A stretch of 64,000 nucleotides of DNA from Felis catus (Eukaryota), in contig NC_058368.1 of assembly GCF_018350175.1 (NCBI RefSeq), forward strand, positions 160,086,001 through 160,150,000, given 5' to 3'. The translations under genes and the position numbers were made by a program. Each line of letters begins with the position of its first letter. Position 1 is the stretch's first letter. Below the pieces are notes generated by a model that saw only the letters and a list, made by a program, of their open reading frames with translations, was not told where the DNA came from and made no database searches. This document shows positions 1 through 13,698 of this stretch, in pieces.

Positions 1-3000
1 TGGAGCAAACCTTTGCGCTCCAATTGTTGACAGGCCCTGCAATTAAGTTGATATTTTGAACATAATCTCTCTGAGCTGGAAGACACCACAGAGTATCCTT
101 TATCCAACCTTCTGGCCAGTAGGAAGTCTTTCCCCAGCATACCTAACAAACGGCTTTTTCTCAGTGTAGTAATTTCAACTGCTGGTGTCAGTTGTGAGGA
201 GTACATAAGTATTTTGTTGCAAAGTTATCAGTCTAATTGCACTTACTTGCTTTTCTCCCTCTACATTAGAAAGTATGTGCTGTCAGTCATAAACCAAGGT
301 GAAACTATAAACATCAAGTAATAAAACCTTGTGGTTGATTTTTTTCTGCCAGTCATAGAGGTGAAAATGCAGCAATTCAGCAACATTCACTCCTTGCAGA
401 GATAAAGGCACATTTGGAGGGACTGTGCCAGGGAAAGGAGAATAAGTAGTCTATGGCACATAGTATCCAAGTAAGCTAACCAGCTAAGACACTTTCAAAG
501 TACAATTCAACAGGAAGTCACAGCAGATAACGCCACTCTCCTTACTGGTAATTACTGGCCTTACAATTTTAATACATGGCTGCTATGGACTAAAAGCTAG
601 GTGGCAATTTATGCAACAGATCATTGTTTCATAGTCAGTGGTAAAGAAGGGTGGCACTAAGTAAGAGAATTTTTTTAAACCTATGAGGTAAGATAGTAAA
701 GATATTATTAATAGAGGAAGACTAAAAGAGTAATGTCTTAATTATGGTCCATTTTTTTGATTCTCTCTTAAAGGTGATTTCTACTGCCAGGGAAGAAAGA
801 GAAAGAAAGGATTATGGTTAGGCTGGTAATACAGAGAACAGTAATTGTTGAGTTAAATCAAAGAACCTTTCCAAATCTTAGTTGATGGGAGTACCAGTGA
901 TCAGATATTTTTCCATTGGAAGCAATAGAGAATAGGTAGCTCATAAAAATGAAAACAAAAAAGTGCTTCCCAATAAATCCTGTTTAATGTACTAGGCCAA
1001 ACTAAACTACATAATTTAACCGATAGGCTGACATTTTCTCTGCAAGAGCCCCACCAAGTGGTCATCCACCCAGTGGGTGAAAGTCACAGAAAAACATTAG
1101 GAATCCTTCTAAGGAAAAAAAAAATAGAACAGAAGATGGATGGACACAAATCCTCCATCTGTAGAGAGATCCAGATTTAGGCTTCATGTGTAAGCAAGGC
1201 ATCTGCTTCTCTCCACCATTTGTTTCTGGTAACTTTCTTGTCCTTACTTGAACTATGCTTGCTCTTTGACCTCATGACCCCATGAGCTTTGAATCCTTCA
1301 TTTTCCCCTAATCAATCAACCCTCCTCTGTCTTCCCATTTTCTCCTGTCCAACCCCAGACACTGGTGTCCACCACTTAAATCATGCTTTCAATATTACTT
1401 TCAACTCTAATATAGTCGTTGTGTTTCTTTGGCACTGGAACTGAGCAGCTGAGAGTTTCTGGAGAAAAATATATAGTGACAGTTGTGGTAACTACATATT
1501 GTTGCTTTCTAACTAAGGTTGGGGCCTCAGTTATGGTCAACATGTGTCTGATAAACTGACAGTGGTTATTCTAAATCTTCCTTTTCCTCTCAGATCCCCT
1601 TTCTGCCATCAACCTATCTCAGACTCAGCAGATGATGGTTCTGCCATTTATCTGAGAAATGCCAAAGGTATGAAGTGAGAAATGCATCTTCCTCTTCCTC
1701 TTATGTATAAGCAAATTGACATTTCTACCTCCCCTTTGTGATGGAAGAGGTGCCCAACTAAAGGCTCATTTTTCAACCTGGGGCTTGGACTCCATTCCAT
1801 CTTGCCTACTCAATGAGTTCATTATATCAGTCACCTCCACCCCCATCCCCACCATCTTCACCTCAGAAAACAAAGAGAACAATGTTTTATTTATCTCATC
1901 AAAAATGAAAACAAAAAACAAGACTACTTTATGAGTTTGGGGTTTTAACTATAAGCAAAAGAAACCAACTCAGAATAACTTACAGGAAAAAAGTGGAATT
2001 CATTGGAAAGATACTGGTGTAACATAAAAGAAAATGCAAAATAACCAAGTCTCCCAAGGGCAGAACGTTTAAGGATCATAAAAAATGGAACTGTGGACCA
2101 TCATGGTCACATACACTTACAAACTCAGGTTCAATTGCCTTCCCTTCCTGTGTGTCAAACTCAAGATTCAGCTCCTAGGAAGAAATCATTTGATTGGCCT
2201 CGCCCATGAGAAACATGTCTAAAGGAGACATTCTTGATACATTCACCACTGACCTCCATACGACACAGTTCAGTGGACATCACTTGCCCTTATCTTCCTG
2301 ATTTCCTTGTAGCACATGTCATGGAAAGATATTGTCTCCTTCCCGAGTTCTTCTTTCTCTTTAGTTTCTGTGACACCATCCTTTTATTAAGAAAAAAAAA
2401 AAAAGTTGATGATCTTTTTAGTCTCCATTGTAGGTTTCTTTTTTTCTGCTTAAACATTATGTACTGGCTTCTCCATGGCTTTATGGTTATTTTCTTCTCA
2501 GATGCATGGCTTCATCTTCCACTACAGTTATAGCACAAACTATACCTCATGTCAAAACTTTCACTTGAGTTTTAGACTGAATTATATACCTGAATATCTA
2601 CTAAAACTCAGTTTATCTAAATGAGAACATCCTTTTTCTTCTTATGTTTTGGTGAATGGCCCATATCTTATCAGTCTCCCAATTCACTTCCCTGGGAGTC
2701 TTCCTAGATCACTCACACCCAACAATCCCTAATCAGTCACCAATCAGTCACTAAACCCTGTGGCATTTACTTCCTAAATATTTCTTGTTCTTCTCTTTCT
2801 GTTACTTATAACCACTCTTTTGATTAAAGTCTTCATAATTTCTTACTTAGATTACCACATTAGCTGCCTCAAGACCGGCTTTTCTTGCACACCACACTCC
2901 ATTTTCCAGGATGATCTTTCTGAAATGCTAATCTGATCTGCAAGATTGGATTCTGTCCTTTATCTCTCAGGATAAACTCAAATCTTACCCTACACATTCT

Positions 3001-5139
3001 ATCTCTGGCCACTTTCTAAGGCTTGTTGATGGCTGCCGGTTCCTTACCTTTTTACTTAAAACAGCCAGGCTTCCAGTTGGAGGGACCAGAATTGTTTTGA
3101 AACTTTGCTTTAAAGTAAGAGTTTCTTGAAGGTGTTGTTAAATATTCTTTGCCTGACCCTAAATTTGGTGAATTGGAATCTCCATGGATGGAGCTTAGGA
3201 ATCCTGATTCTTTTTGATGGAGCAAGTTTATGAAATATTACCTGAATATTTCTAGACAGTCCATTTACTTATGTTGTTTCTTCACTCCCCAATACCCTTC
3301 CCTCTTGTCCTTCAGAATTTAGTTAGTGTCACTTAACCAGAGACCTTCATTGTGATTTAGATGTCCGTTTTCTGTGCTCATATACCTTCTAGGCCTATCT
3401 CTGTCATAGTACCTACCACACAGAAAACAATATTTGACTGACTTTGCCATATTACAACTGGTCTAAGAATACATTGTTTACCTTTGTTTTCCTAGCACAT
3501 AAGAGGCAAATAGTAGACATTTGGCAAAAATTTCTTTGATATGTAAAAATGTATAAAAAAGCTCAATGTATTTTTTGTTGTTATAGGTTTTTTTCTGTTG
3601 CTTCGCCTCTAAAAATAGGCATAAGATGAACACTGTCTAGCTGCTTTAAAATACCCTATTACTGTGATTACATTAGAACAATTTATAGGAAAATTTTTTT
3701 GCTATGTGAAAATACAATAATATATTGCTCGAGGAAAAATAGGCTAAGAAAATACGTGCGTCATATAATCTTTTTTGTTAAAAAAAGCAAATCGAGTAAA
3801 ACATGTATACATACACACACACACACACATATATAAATATATATATATAACATATTGTAAAGATATACAGGGCAATTTCACTACTGTTATCTTTGGATCA
3901 TGGAATAATAGGTGATTTTTATATGCTTTCTACCAGAAACATGTGATTTTATAATTAAAAACATTATTTAAAAAAGCCAATAAGCACTGTCTTCTTCAAT
4001 CAACTTTGAAGACAGTGTGCATGTGCACACACACATGCACACACACACACACACACAAACACACAATAAACAAAAGAAATGTTTGGGTCCTTTAAGACTC
4101 GACTTTTCTATAGAAAACCAGAAACTATTTGGTAAAAATATAGTCCTGTACTGATCAGGAAGGCTTAGGGATACAATGAATATGTAACTATCAGAGATAA
4201 TTGTCTGTTAAATAGAGAAAAGGGACAGGTATGTTTGGAAGCTTATTCATAATACACAATTCTTTGTGATTCATAACTGGGTAGGATTCAGGAAAGACTG
4301 AAACTCTCTCCAAGGGGAGTTGTTTTCTTATGGCAAATACTGGGTGGAGACGAGGTTCTGGAGGTTTATAAGCCAGTTAAACACATGATATTCATCCTTA
4401 GGGCAATTTAGTCAACAGTACAATTAACATCATCAGCTGCCAAAAGGAAGCAGTTTTCTGGAAGTAGATTAAAATAGGAAGGAAGAATAGTCTAAAAAAA
4501 GATTCAACAATAGACTTGAACAAAGTCTATTATCAACCTTTAAGTGGATGATCTCGGAAGACTCTTACCTACTTTTTTGTGTTTCTTGAAGTAGTGTTTC
4601 ATGTTTATTAATTTTCTTTAAATATTTCTGAAAATGTTAGCGTCTGCTCTGTGGGGAAAAGAAACTTAAAAAAATAAGAATAATAGGATGGGCTGTGAGC
4701 CACTTTTGCTTTTTCTTATCTCTGTCAAGGACATGGTCATATCTCAAAGCACCATCCTTCACTGGTACAAGCAGCATGAATGGTAGTGGTATTGGCCTGG
4801 AGGAAGTATATCAACCTCCCGGCCAACCTCCTTCCTGAAGGAAGTATATCAACCTCTCTGCAGTTGGTCTAATCAACCCTCACTCTGCAGATGTTATAAG
4901 AGGAAACAACCGATTGTTCACTTGTAAATTTGACTCTTAAGTCCATATATAAGAAATACTAATAAATTTAAATTTCCATTTGTTTCATTAAAAGCTATGT
5001 GTTACTTGATTTAGAATTCTAGGTGCACTTGAAATATACTCAAACACAAAGTTAATACCTAAAAGCAAATATAAATTTAGTGTAAATGATTTTTCTTACT
5101 ACATAAGATCTTTTTTTATTTTTTTCAATTTGTGTTTTA

Positions 5140-5375
5140 TTTATTTTTTTATTTTTTTTAAATTTTGTTTAATGTTTATTCATTTTTGAGAGACAGAGAG
5201 AGACAGAGCATGAGCGGGGAAGGGGCAGAGAGAGAGAGAGACACAGAATCCGAAACAGGCTCCAGGCTCTAAGCTGTCAGCACAGAGCCCGACATGGGGC
5301 TCGAACTCACGAACTGCGAGGTTCTGACCTGAGCCGAAGTCGGACGCTCGACCGACTGAGCCACCCAGGCGCCCC
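5140..5375 (-). mobile_element. CanSINE (SINEC_Fc-like) tRNA-derived SINE
   Basis: Minus strand reads GGGGCGCCTGGGTGGCTCAGTCGG head, (CT)n body and A-rich tail; 15-bp TSD TCAAT(T/G)TGTGTTTTA at 5125-5139 and 5376-5390. Confidence 0.95.
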
Positions 5376-7558
5376 TCAATGTGTGTTTTAGATGCCATTA
5401 TTTTAAGTAAGGGCTCCTGGTGAAGTTTAAAATATATACTCCACAAGTGTTTGATGTTCAGACAACTTGCCAGGAGTAGGCCTATTACATAAAAAGGGGC
5501 AAAAAAAAAAAAAAAATGTTTAAACACCATGTAACTGAATTCAAATTACAATATATGAAGTAAAAATTCTTTCATGCACAAAGGGTTAATAATAGAAAAC
5601 ACTGAAAGCCACAGCGCTCTAACTAATAATGACTAGTGGATCTTAAACAAGTCACCAGGAAGGTTTGACATTTGACCTTTGATTTTTAAAAATATGTTGC
5701 TTACTCTGCAAGAGTGTCAAGTCCTGAATGATCCAATGATAAGCAACTTCTTTCTCCTCTGCTTCCACAAAGCTGGGAATTATTTTGACAAGATTCAGTA
5801 CCAGGAATGCTTTTTTGAACAAAAGACCTGAGATTTTTTTTTCTTGGCCTTATTTAGAGTTAGCATACAAATGGCAAGCAATGATTTATGATCAATTAAT
5901 TAAATGGGACCAGAAATTCTATAAAACATCCCTTTTTTTTTTCACTTTGGTGGGAATTATAGGTTTAAATGGTTTTATGATTAGCTTCAAAGAACTAGCA
6001 TAAATACATTTGTGCTGTTAAAAAGGTAATCGGAATCTCTTAGGGAGTATGATGTGCTTTGTAGTAAAAAGAAAAAGGCAAGGGATTTGTAATTTAACTA
6101 TCCCTTGAGACTGTTGAGATTAAATGGAGCCTTAGCTTTGGATTGAAAATAGATATCCAGTTGTTATTTTATATGAAAAACTAAATAAAAGAATAATCAA
6201 TCATTTTTTGAAATTTCCCTTAATTTAAATTAGACAAAAACAGAAGTTTCACGGTCTTGAGGTTTGTCTTTACATACCTTAAGATCTTTAAGAATAATTC
6301 TCCATCCAGTCAATCATTGTTTTTGCACTCCACACAATGTTAACCCGCTTGGGTAGCTGAAGTTATTCTCGACAGCAGTCTATCAGACCTATTTCAGACT
6401 GACATAAGCACTACATTCATTGCTCTTTCAGAATTCAGTTCTTTTGGTAGGTGGTTAACGACTTGTAATAGTTAGGTAATAGTTAGACCCCAGGTGAAGA
6501 GTATAGGTCTCTTTTCCTTCACCCTAGGTGTGAAGTGATACATGACAATGTGAGAATTAAGGCAAGCCACAGACTGACTTTTGGAACTCAGCAAGCACTG
6601 ATTAGCATTGATTAACACCAACTCGGTCACACCACCTGTCTGTACTTACAGTGAAGTCCATCTCCTTTTCTGTTTGGGTCCTCTGTCAAGCAATGTGCAT
6701 AGGTTTACTCCAGGCAGATCTAACAGTATTATAGTAATAGAATCCACAGCCAGTGTGCTTATAAAATATTTCTAGACAACCCATGTACACTGAACACCAG
6801 TCACTTCTCTAATGCAAAATAAGTCCTAACTACCATTATGTTTGTTAATAAATACTTTGGTGACTGGAGATAAAGACAGTTGAAGACAGAAGCAGCTACT
6901 TTTGAAGAGCTTTTGAATGAACAGTCTTCCAAATGCTAACTCAGTATCCTTGGTGTACGTATTCTGCTTTTAGTTTCCACATTAAAGTGAATGTGTATGT
7001 ACATACACATTCTGTGATGTTGTATTTTAAGTTAAATAGATATGACATTCCATCCTAATATTTCAGTATGTTTCTTTAAAAGTGAAAGTCTTCCATAGCC
7101 AAAATGACATTATGGCAACTAATACAATTAATAATTCATTAATATCACCTAATAATCCATATTTAAATCTATTGTCCTTTTGCAGGTAGTCTGTCTGAAT
7201 CAAGATCTGATCTAAACCCACCTTGTTAAATCCCTTGAGTCTCTTTCATTCTTCCACAGTACCTTTTGTGATGACATTCTGACTTGCTGAAGTCTTACTA
7301 GTTGTTCTTTAGAATGTCTGACATTGTTTGATGCATTTTTTTTTGTGGTGGTATCTTGCTCCTTACCAGTTCTCTCTGTAATCTAGGAGTTAAATCTAAA
7401 GGCTTTATAAAATTCAAGTTAAACACTCTTGTCAAAGTTAAAATCATAAAATCAATATTTTCCATCGTATCACACTGGTAATTGCAAATGTCTGGTACTT
7501 CCACCAAAGGTGATACTAAATTTGGCACTAAAATGAAGGGTTTTGAAAGTCTGATTCT

Positions 7559-7650
7559 CCTCCTCCTCCTCCTCCTCCTTCTTCTTTTTCTTCTTTTTTT
7601 TTTGAGTTTATTTATTTTGAGAGAGACAGAGAAAGGAGCCAGGGAGGGGC

Positions 7651-7703
<53 letters not shown>

Positions 7704-7834
7704 GAGAGTCCCAAGCAGGCTCTGTGCTGTTAGCAGAATCCAGTAGCAGGGCTCAAACCCACGAACCATGAGATCATGACCTAGGTCGAAACCAAGAGTT
7801 GGACGCTGAACCCACTGAGCCATCGAGGCACCCC
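7559..7834 (-). mobile_element. CanSINE (older SINEC subfamily) with (TCC)n/(TTC)n-degenerated tail
   Basis: SINE head at 7834, (GA)n/(GACA)n tract; TSD AAAGTCTGATTCT at 7546-7558 and 7836-7848. Confidence 0.9.
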
Positions 7835-8985
7835 AAAAGTCTGATTCTTCTATTGTTTTGTTTCCCAGCTTGTGACCAAATTTTTTTGGCTGGAACTAGG
7901 TAAAGTTCCAGGTTACCAACAGCCATTTGCCTAATCCTTTTAACACCAAATGATAAGTCTTGGCTGCATCAATGATCTCATTAGGGCTTGCTAAGTAGTT
8001 ACATTTATAATTCTATCATTTATTTCACAGTTATTTGCTACCTTTCTTCTGACAAGTAGGCCTTCTCTCTTCAAGTAGGGCTACTTAATTATTGTAGATG
8101 GCAATTCTTTCTGGAAAGGTGGAATAAATGTTGATTTTTTTCCTTTGCCTCTAAAATTTGGAGGTAATTTACTAAGCAGATATCTGGCTCCAGAACTCTA
8201 ATCAGCCCTGTACAACATGGCCACTTTCTAATGCAGATTCTGCTAATATATGTATGCATATTCTGCTAAATTTATATATTATATATAATTCCCATTGGGT
8301 TTGTGCCAAAATGGCCACCTGGGAACAATTATTATGGTATATTGCATTTTCTATTTATTTGTTGTTTTTATGTAAAATTCCTTTAGTATCTGAAAATATA
8401 GTAATTCACTGCTCTTATTCTCTTCATTATATTTCCTTTTAAGGATCTAATTGGTTTGTTTACTGTAATCTTTTCCTGCCAGGTATTCCCATGGTGTTTC
8501 ATGATTTATTTTGTGTTTTGGTTATTTCATTTGTAACATTTATTTGGTGCTGAGTGGATTCCACAAATTGCTCATGTTCCAATGCTGATGTCCTGTTACT
8601 TCCATTCTGCCATCACTGATACTCTTCTTGGGTATCTGAGCAGATCATGGAACTCTCTTGCAGGCAGTGTCAGAAACAATTTATACGTCCAGTATTTGTT
8701 AAAGGATAAATACCAAAGATAGCACATCAGGCAGGAAATCACCATTTGAAAATTTTAGTTAATTGTAAGACTGACTTAGATTTGACAGTACCTAGATTTC
8801 TCATTATAAGATTCCAATAGTTTGTCTTCTGGTGTTGCACCGAACACTGAAATAATATGTTACACTAGTTAGGCCAATGTAACATGTGAAATTTTGTGTG
8901 GTTTCAGAGATAAGGGCCTCTGTGGAAGAAAATTACCTTGCTTTCCATGTTTAAGATTTTTTTTTTTTTTAATTACAGAAAATAT

Positions 8986-9207
8986 GGGGCACCCAGGTGG
9001 CTCAGTCAGTTAAGCGTCTGACTTTGGCTCAGGTCATGATCTCATGGTTCATGGGTTCGAGCCCCACGTCGGGCTCTGTGCGGATAGCTCAAAGCCTGGA
9101 GCCTGCTTTGGATTCTGTGTCTCCCTCTCTTTCTGCACCATTCCCACTCATGCTCTGTCTCTCTCTGTCTTAAAAATAAATAAAACATTAAAAAAATAAA
9201 AAAAATA
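8986..9207 (+). mobile_element. CanSINE (SINEC_Fc-like)
   Basis: GGGGCACCCAGGTGGCTCAGTCAGTTAAG head, AATAAA tail; perfect 16-bp TSD AATTACAGAAAATATG at 8971-8986 and 9208-9223. Confidence 0.95.
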
Positions 9208-10033
9208 AATTACAGAAAATATGACAAAACCTCTATGAGAGCAGGTCTCAGTGCTGAATCCCCAGAGTGAAGCCTCTCATGTAATAGAAACTGAACAAAT
9301 ATTTGTTGAATGAATTAATTTCAACTCATTCATTTCTGTGGGAAATAAAAATCTGAAGTGATACAGATGAGGGTTGCAAAAATCATCTTGTTGAGATTTC
9401 TTCTCTTGACTGAGATTCTAGATTTTCTTCTATAGGAAAGGATATCAAAGTCCTTTTGCCTTTCCTAAAGGAGTTTATAACATTAAAAGAAGATCTGTAT
9501 CTCACCCTCCAACATTACAGATATTATTACTCAACTTCACTTCACAAGTAAAATAAAAGCACTACTTGAAGAAAATATTCCCTTATCTACCTCAGGTTCT
9601 CTTTTTCGTGTTCACATATCTAAATACTCAGAAACACAATTTCTCCTAATCACTTAGATATATTTAATCACGTACACTCACTAAAACTGGATCAGACTAA
9701 TGTGTCAATCAGAATGTAAGGAGAAATATATCTGCTAAAGAACAGACATTATTGACTACTCAACGTGGATCTTTCTTTCCTTTTCCCCAACCAAAATCTA
9801 CAGCAAAGTGTTCATGAGCAGGAAATGAGATTATTTAAATAGCTTATGTTGCTATGGCTGGTACTTGATACATGATGGTGGTTTAACTGTCAAATTAACA
9901 CTAAGTTCTATGGTTGTCGGACCTCTCTGTCCTGCAGAGTGCTAGAAACCCAGAACCAATTAAAATGTCTTTCAAATTTCCCTTTTATATTTAACAAGCA
10001 CACTGTTTCATTCTTATTGATAAGTTCTTTTTT

Positions 10034-10246
10034 AAAAAAATTTTTTAAATGTTTATTTATTTTTGAGATAGAAAGACACACAGTGTGAGTGGGGGAGGCA
10101 CAGAGAGAGGGAGACACGAATCTGAAGCAGGCTCCAGGCTCTGAGCTGTCACCACAGAGCCGGACGCGGGGCTCGAACTCACGAGATGTGAGATCATGAC
10201 CTGAGCCGAAGTTGGCTGCTTAACCGACTGAGCCACCCAGGCGCCC
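10034..10246 (-). mobile_element. CanSINE (SINEC_Fc-like)
   Basis: Typical head ending CCACCCAGGCGCCC at 10246 and T-rich tail near 10035-10060. Confidence 0.93.
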
Positions 10247-10248
10247 AG

Positions 10249-10434
10249 TTTTCTTTTCTTTTCTTTTCTTTTCTTTTCTTTTCTTTTCTTTTCTTTTCTT
10301 TTCTTTTCTTTTCTTTTCTTTTCTTTTCTTTTCTTTTCTTTTCTTTTCTTTTCTTTTCTTTTCTTTTCTTCTTTTCTTTTCTTTTCTTTTCTTTTCTTTT
10401 CTTTTCTTTTCTTTTCTTTTTCTTTTCTTTTCTT
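10249..10434. repeat. (TTTTC)n pentanucleotide microsatellite
   Basis: About 185 bp near-perfect array; source of the spurious KEKKR ORFs. Confidence 0.97.
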
Positions 10435-11091
10435 TTTTTAAGGTGAATGCTCCAAAATTGATTGGGTTTAAGCTTCCCAATTACGACCATAACCTAATCA
10501 TTTAATCCTATCACCTCTGAGTTTTTATATGAGTCCACTTTATTTGAATTTTCATTCTCTACCCAAAGATGTCTGATCTTATTCTTTACTTATTTCCTCC
10601 TGTTATGTATATTGGGGAGGGAGGAAGAGGGGGAAATGGTATTTTCCACAGCATTTTGTTTTGAAAATTTTCAAAATTATAGTAAAGTTAATAGTACAGT
10701 AAATTCTTGCGTATCTCATACTTAGATTTATCAGTTGTTAATAGTTTGTGAAACTAGCTTTATTTCCTCTTTTTCTCAATTTCTCTCTCTCTTCTTCTCT
10801 TTAATATTATGGATCATGAATTTTTTTTTCAGTGCATAAAATCTATCAGCACTATTATTTTTTTGATCTTAAATTGTCTTAAATTTTGCCAGAAGGAGGC
10901 CCTCCTGACTATTCCTTTATGTTTTTGAAGTGACCTTATTCATATCTATTATACTTTCATTCCTCTTGATTTCAGAATATTTAACCCCTTCAGGTTTGCT
11001 GCTGTTTTGCTATCTGCCACATGCATCTCCTACTGATATGAATGCCTTAGTAATGTGAAATATTACTTGATCTATTCAATGTCTTTAATAC

Positions 11092-11195
11092 AAATATATA
11101 TGTATATATGTATATATATATATATACACACACACGTATATATGTATATACACACACATATGTATATATGTATACACACACACACACACACACAT
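11092..11195. repeat. (TA)/(CA)/(TATG) compound microsatellite
   Basis: Directly visible. Confidence 0.9.
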
Positions 11196-13514
11196 AGCTT
11201 GATATTTTTATAAGCCTTGATAAATTATATCTTTTTAATAAAAATTTTCTCTATTAAGTTCAAAGACTAAAGTTGGAGATGGGAAAAATATACCTTAATT
11301 GACCTTTGCTTCTTGGTGTAACTTTACTTACAACATTATACTCAACCCCTCTTTTGGTGTTGACTGTCTCATGATATGATTTATGAATTTTTATATTAGA
11401 TCATATGAAATTTAACATACCTTCGGAATTCTGAATCCAGCTAGAGATTAAAATATTCAAAACACCATAGAGACATTCGGAGGAACAATCCAGTATTATT
11501 CAGAAATGTTAAATTATAGGATTTCCTTAAAGATTTTTCCTGGTGAAACAATACTTTAAAGCGCATACACTGTCCAATGCTTGCCATTCTTTATAAGATG
11601 GCTATGGTTTAACGTGTGTCACTTTTTAAGGAAACTATCACTTCTTTATAGTTGTTTCTAAATATTTTCTATAAGTGTCACTAATGTTTTCACTTTGAAA
11701 TGAAGAAAAATATTTTCCAAAAGTGGGTTGTTGTCATGACATAGAGAAATTTTTTAATTCCTTTATCCCATAGAACATAGTTTATTTCATAAAGCAAGAT
11801 TTAGCTAAAACGTACACTGTGACTCTGAAGATTAAAGTATAATTTCTCAGCATACCCAGGCAGTCACTTGCTCCCAAATTGCTAAAGAAGTGTTATCTCT
11901 AGTCCCAGTTCTTTTCTTTACCAACTTTATTGTGTTACCTTAGGCAAATTATTTGACCATCTCTGGGTTTACTTTCTCTATATGGAACATAAGAGTTCAA
12001 CTATATGATTTCTAAAATCATCTCCCATTCTAAATTTCTGTGAATCTTTGGTAACAGATCTAAAATTTAAATGACTGGAGAAAATTCAAAGAGAAATACT
12101 TTCTTTTATCTGCAGATTCCCTTTTGCTAGAGACATAAGAGCTAGCACCTGGGACCACCATGTGACTATAGTGCACTTCTGCTAGCTCTTTCATTACTTA
12201 GCCTTTTCTTACTCATATTTTGCAAACACAGAGTATTGCATATGCTGAATTTGTAATATGCTCTGTTACAAATGTCTGGAAGAGGACAGATGGGAGATCG
12301 GGCATTAATCCTTTTTTTCCTTCCAAATTTTAAAAATACATTAGTGCTATTCATACCACTCTCCAGTATAGTAGTGATATTAGGGCAAATATGTTCATTT
12401 GAGAGACATTACAGGTTCTGTATCTGTAAGAATTATCTCTGCAATCCTATCTCTCTACCCCTCAAGTTTTACCACATCCAATTATTTTCTAAGACCTTGT
12501 AAAGGAGTCAATATACTAATGACAATAGGCTATCTCCTTGGGACAGTGACTCCTCTGCCTTAAAATAAATCACTGGAGAAAATTTATTCCAGTATTCCTT
12601 ACAAACTTTCTGGAAAATATTCCTCAAAATGTTCTAACTCAGACATCTACTTATTGCTGGCTTAATGATCAAAAGGATTTAGAGAGCACAAAGCATTTTG
12701 AAGCTGGAGTGATTTAAATGCTGGTTCTGCTATATCCCTTGTTTTTGAATGTGTTCACTCACTTGCTGAATTTATAGAACCAATTTGGGAGAGGAACAAT
12801 GTTTCTGCCTCCCCTAAGAAATTCCTCAAATTCCTTACCATGACAATCAAAAGAAAATCTGGGTTGCTCTTTGTGAGACATTTCTTACGTACTCAGCAGC
12901 AGTAAAAGTCTTGATTGTTCAGGTTTCAGAAAAAAAGTCACGAAATTTCTTTATTTCGTCTACCTTTAAAAGCATAGTTTAGAGTGCTGCAGTAGATAAA
13001 AAACAACAAAAACCAGAGAAACAAACAAACAAAACCTCCACAATTAACTACAGGTAGAGTATATACAGCATGAGTTTTATAATCATACCGGCTTCAAACA
13101 TTAGCTCAGACATTTGCTAGTTCTATGATTTTGCATATTTCCCTTAAGGAATCTGAATCTCAGTTTTCATCTTTAAAATGGGACCCGATGTTGAGTGTTA
13201 TAAGTTTTAAACAAGATAATATATATAATATACTGAGCATAGTCCTTGGAACATACAAGATGTCCAGTAAATACTAGCTATTGTTAACTGGTTGCTAACC
13301 TTTTAATTTTATTTCTAAAAGTTGAAGAGCATTTTAAACATGCAGTTAGAATATCATTATAACTCCACAAAGTAGTGCAGGATTCCTCACTGTCATTAAC
13401 TAGTCAGTGTTCACATTCCTCCAGCAAGTTTATTCAAATTAGTATCTAAACAACACCCATATGTTAAATTGGGTAGCCATTTTTCCTAAGTCTTTAATCT
13501 ATTGGCTTCTCTCC

Positions 13515-13543
13515 CTTTCTTTCTTTCTTTCTCTCTCTTTCTC

Positions 13544-13598
<55 letters not shown>

Positions 13599-13599
13599 C
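13515..13599. repeat. (CTTT)n tetranucleotide microsatellite
   Basis: Directly visible. Confidence 0.92.
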
Positions 13600-13654
13600 A
13601 TGCTTTTTATTTGTTGAAGCAATAAGATCATTAGTTCTGTAATAATACTCATAT

Positions 13655-13698
13655 TCTTGTTTGTCTGGTTACATTGTCTTGTTTGTCTGGTTACATTG
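13655..13698. repeat. Perfect 22-bp tandem duplication
   Basis: TCTTGTTTGTCTGGTTACATTG at 13655-13676 and 13677-13698. Confidence 0.9.

Noticed and set aside
6650..6719. Possible 70-bp minus-strand exon (TTAG acceptor, GTAAGT donor)
   Set aside because: Weak pyrimidine tract, no recognisable protein similarity, no partner exons; expected by chance in 64 kb
10194..10490. Lys/Arg/Glu-rich ORFs (KEKKR repeats)
   Set aside because: Translation of the (TTTTC)n microsatellite and adjacent SINE
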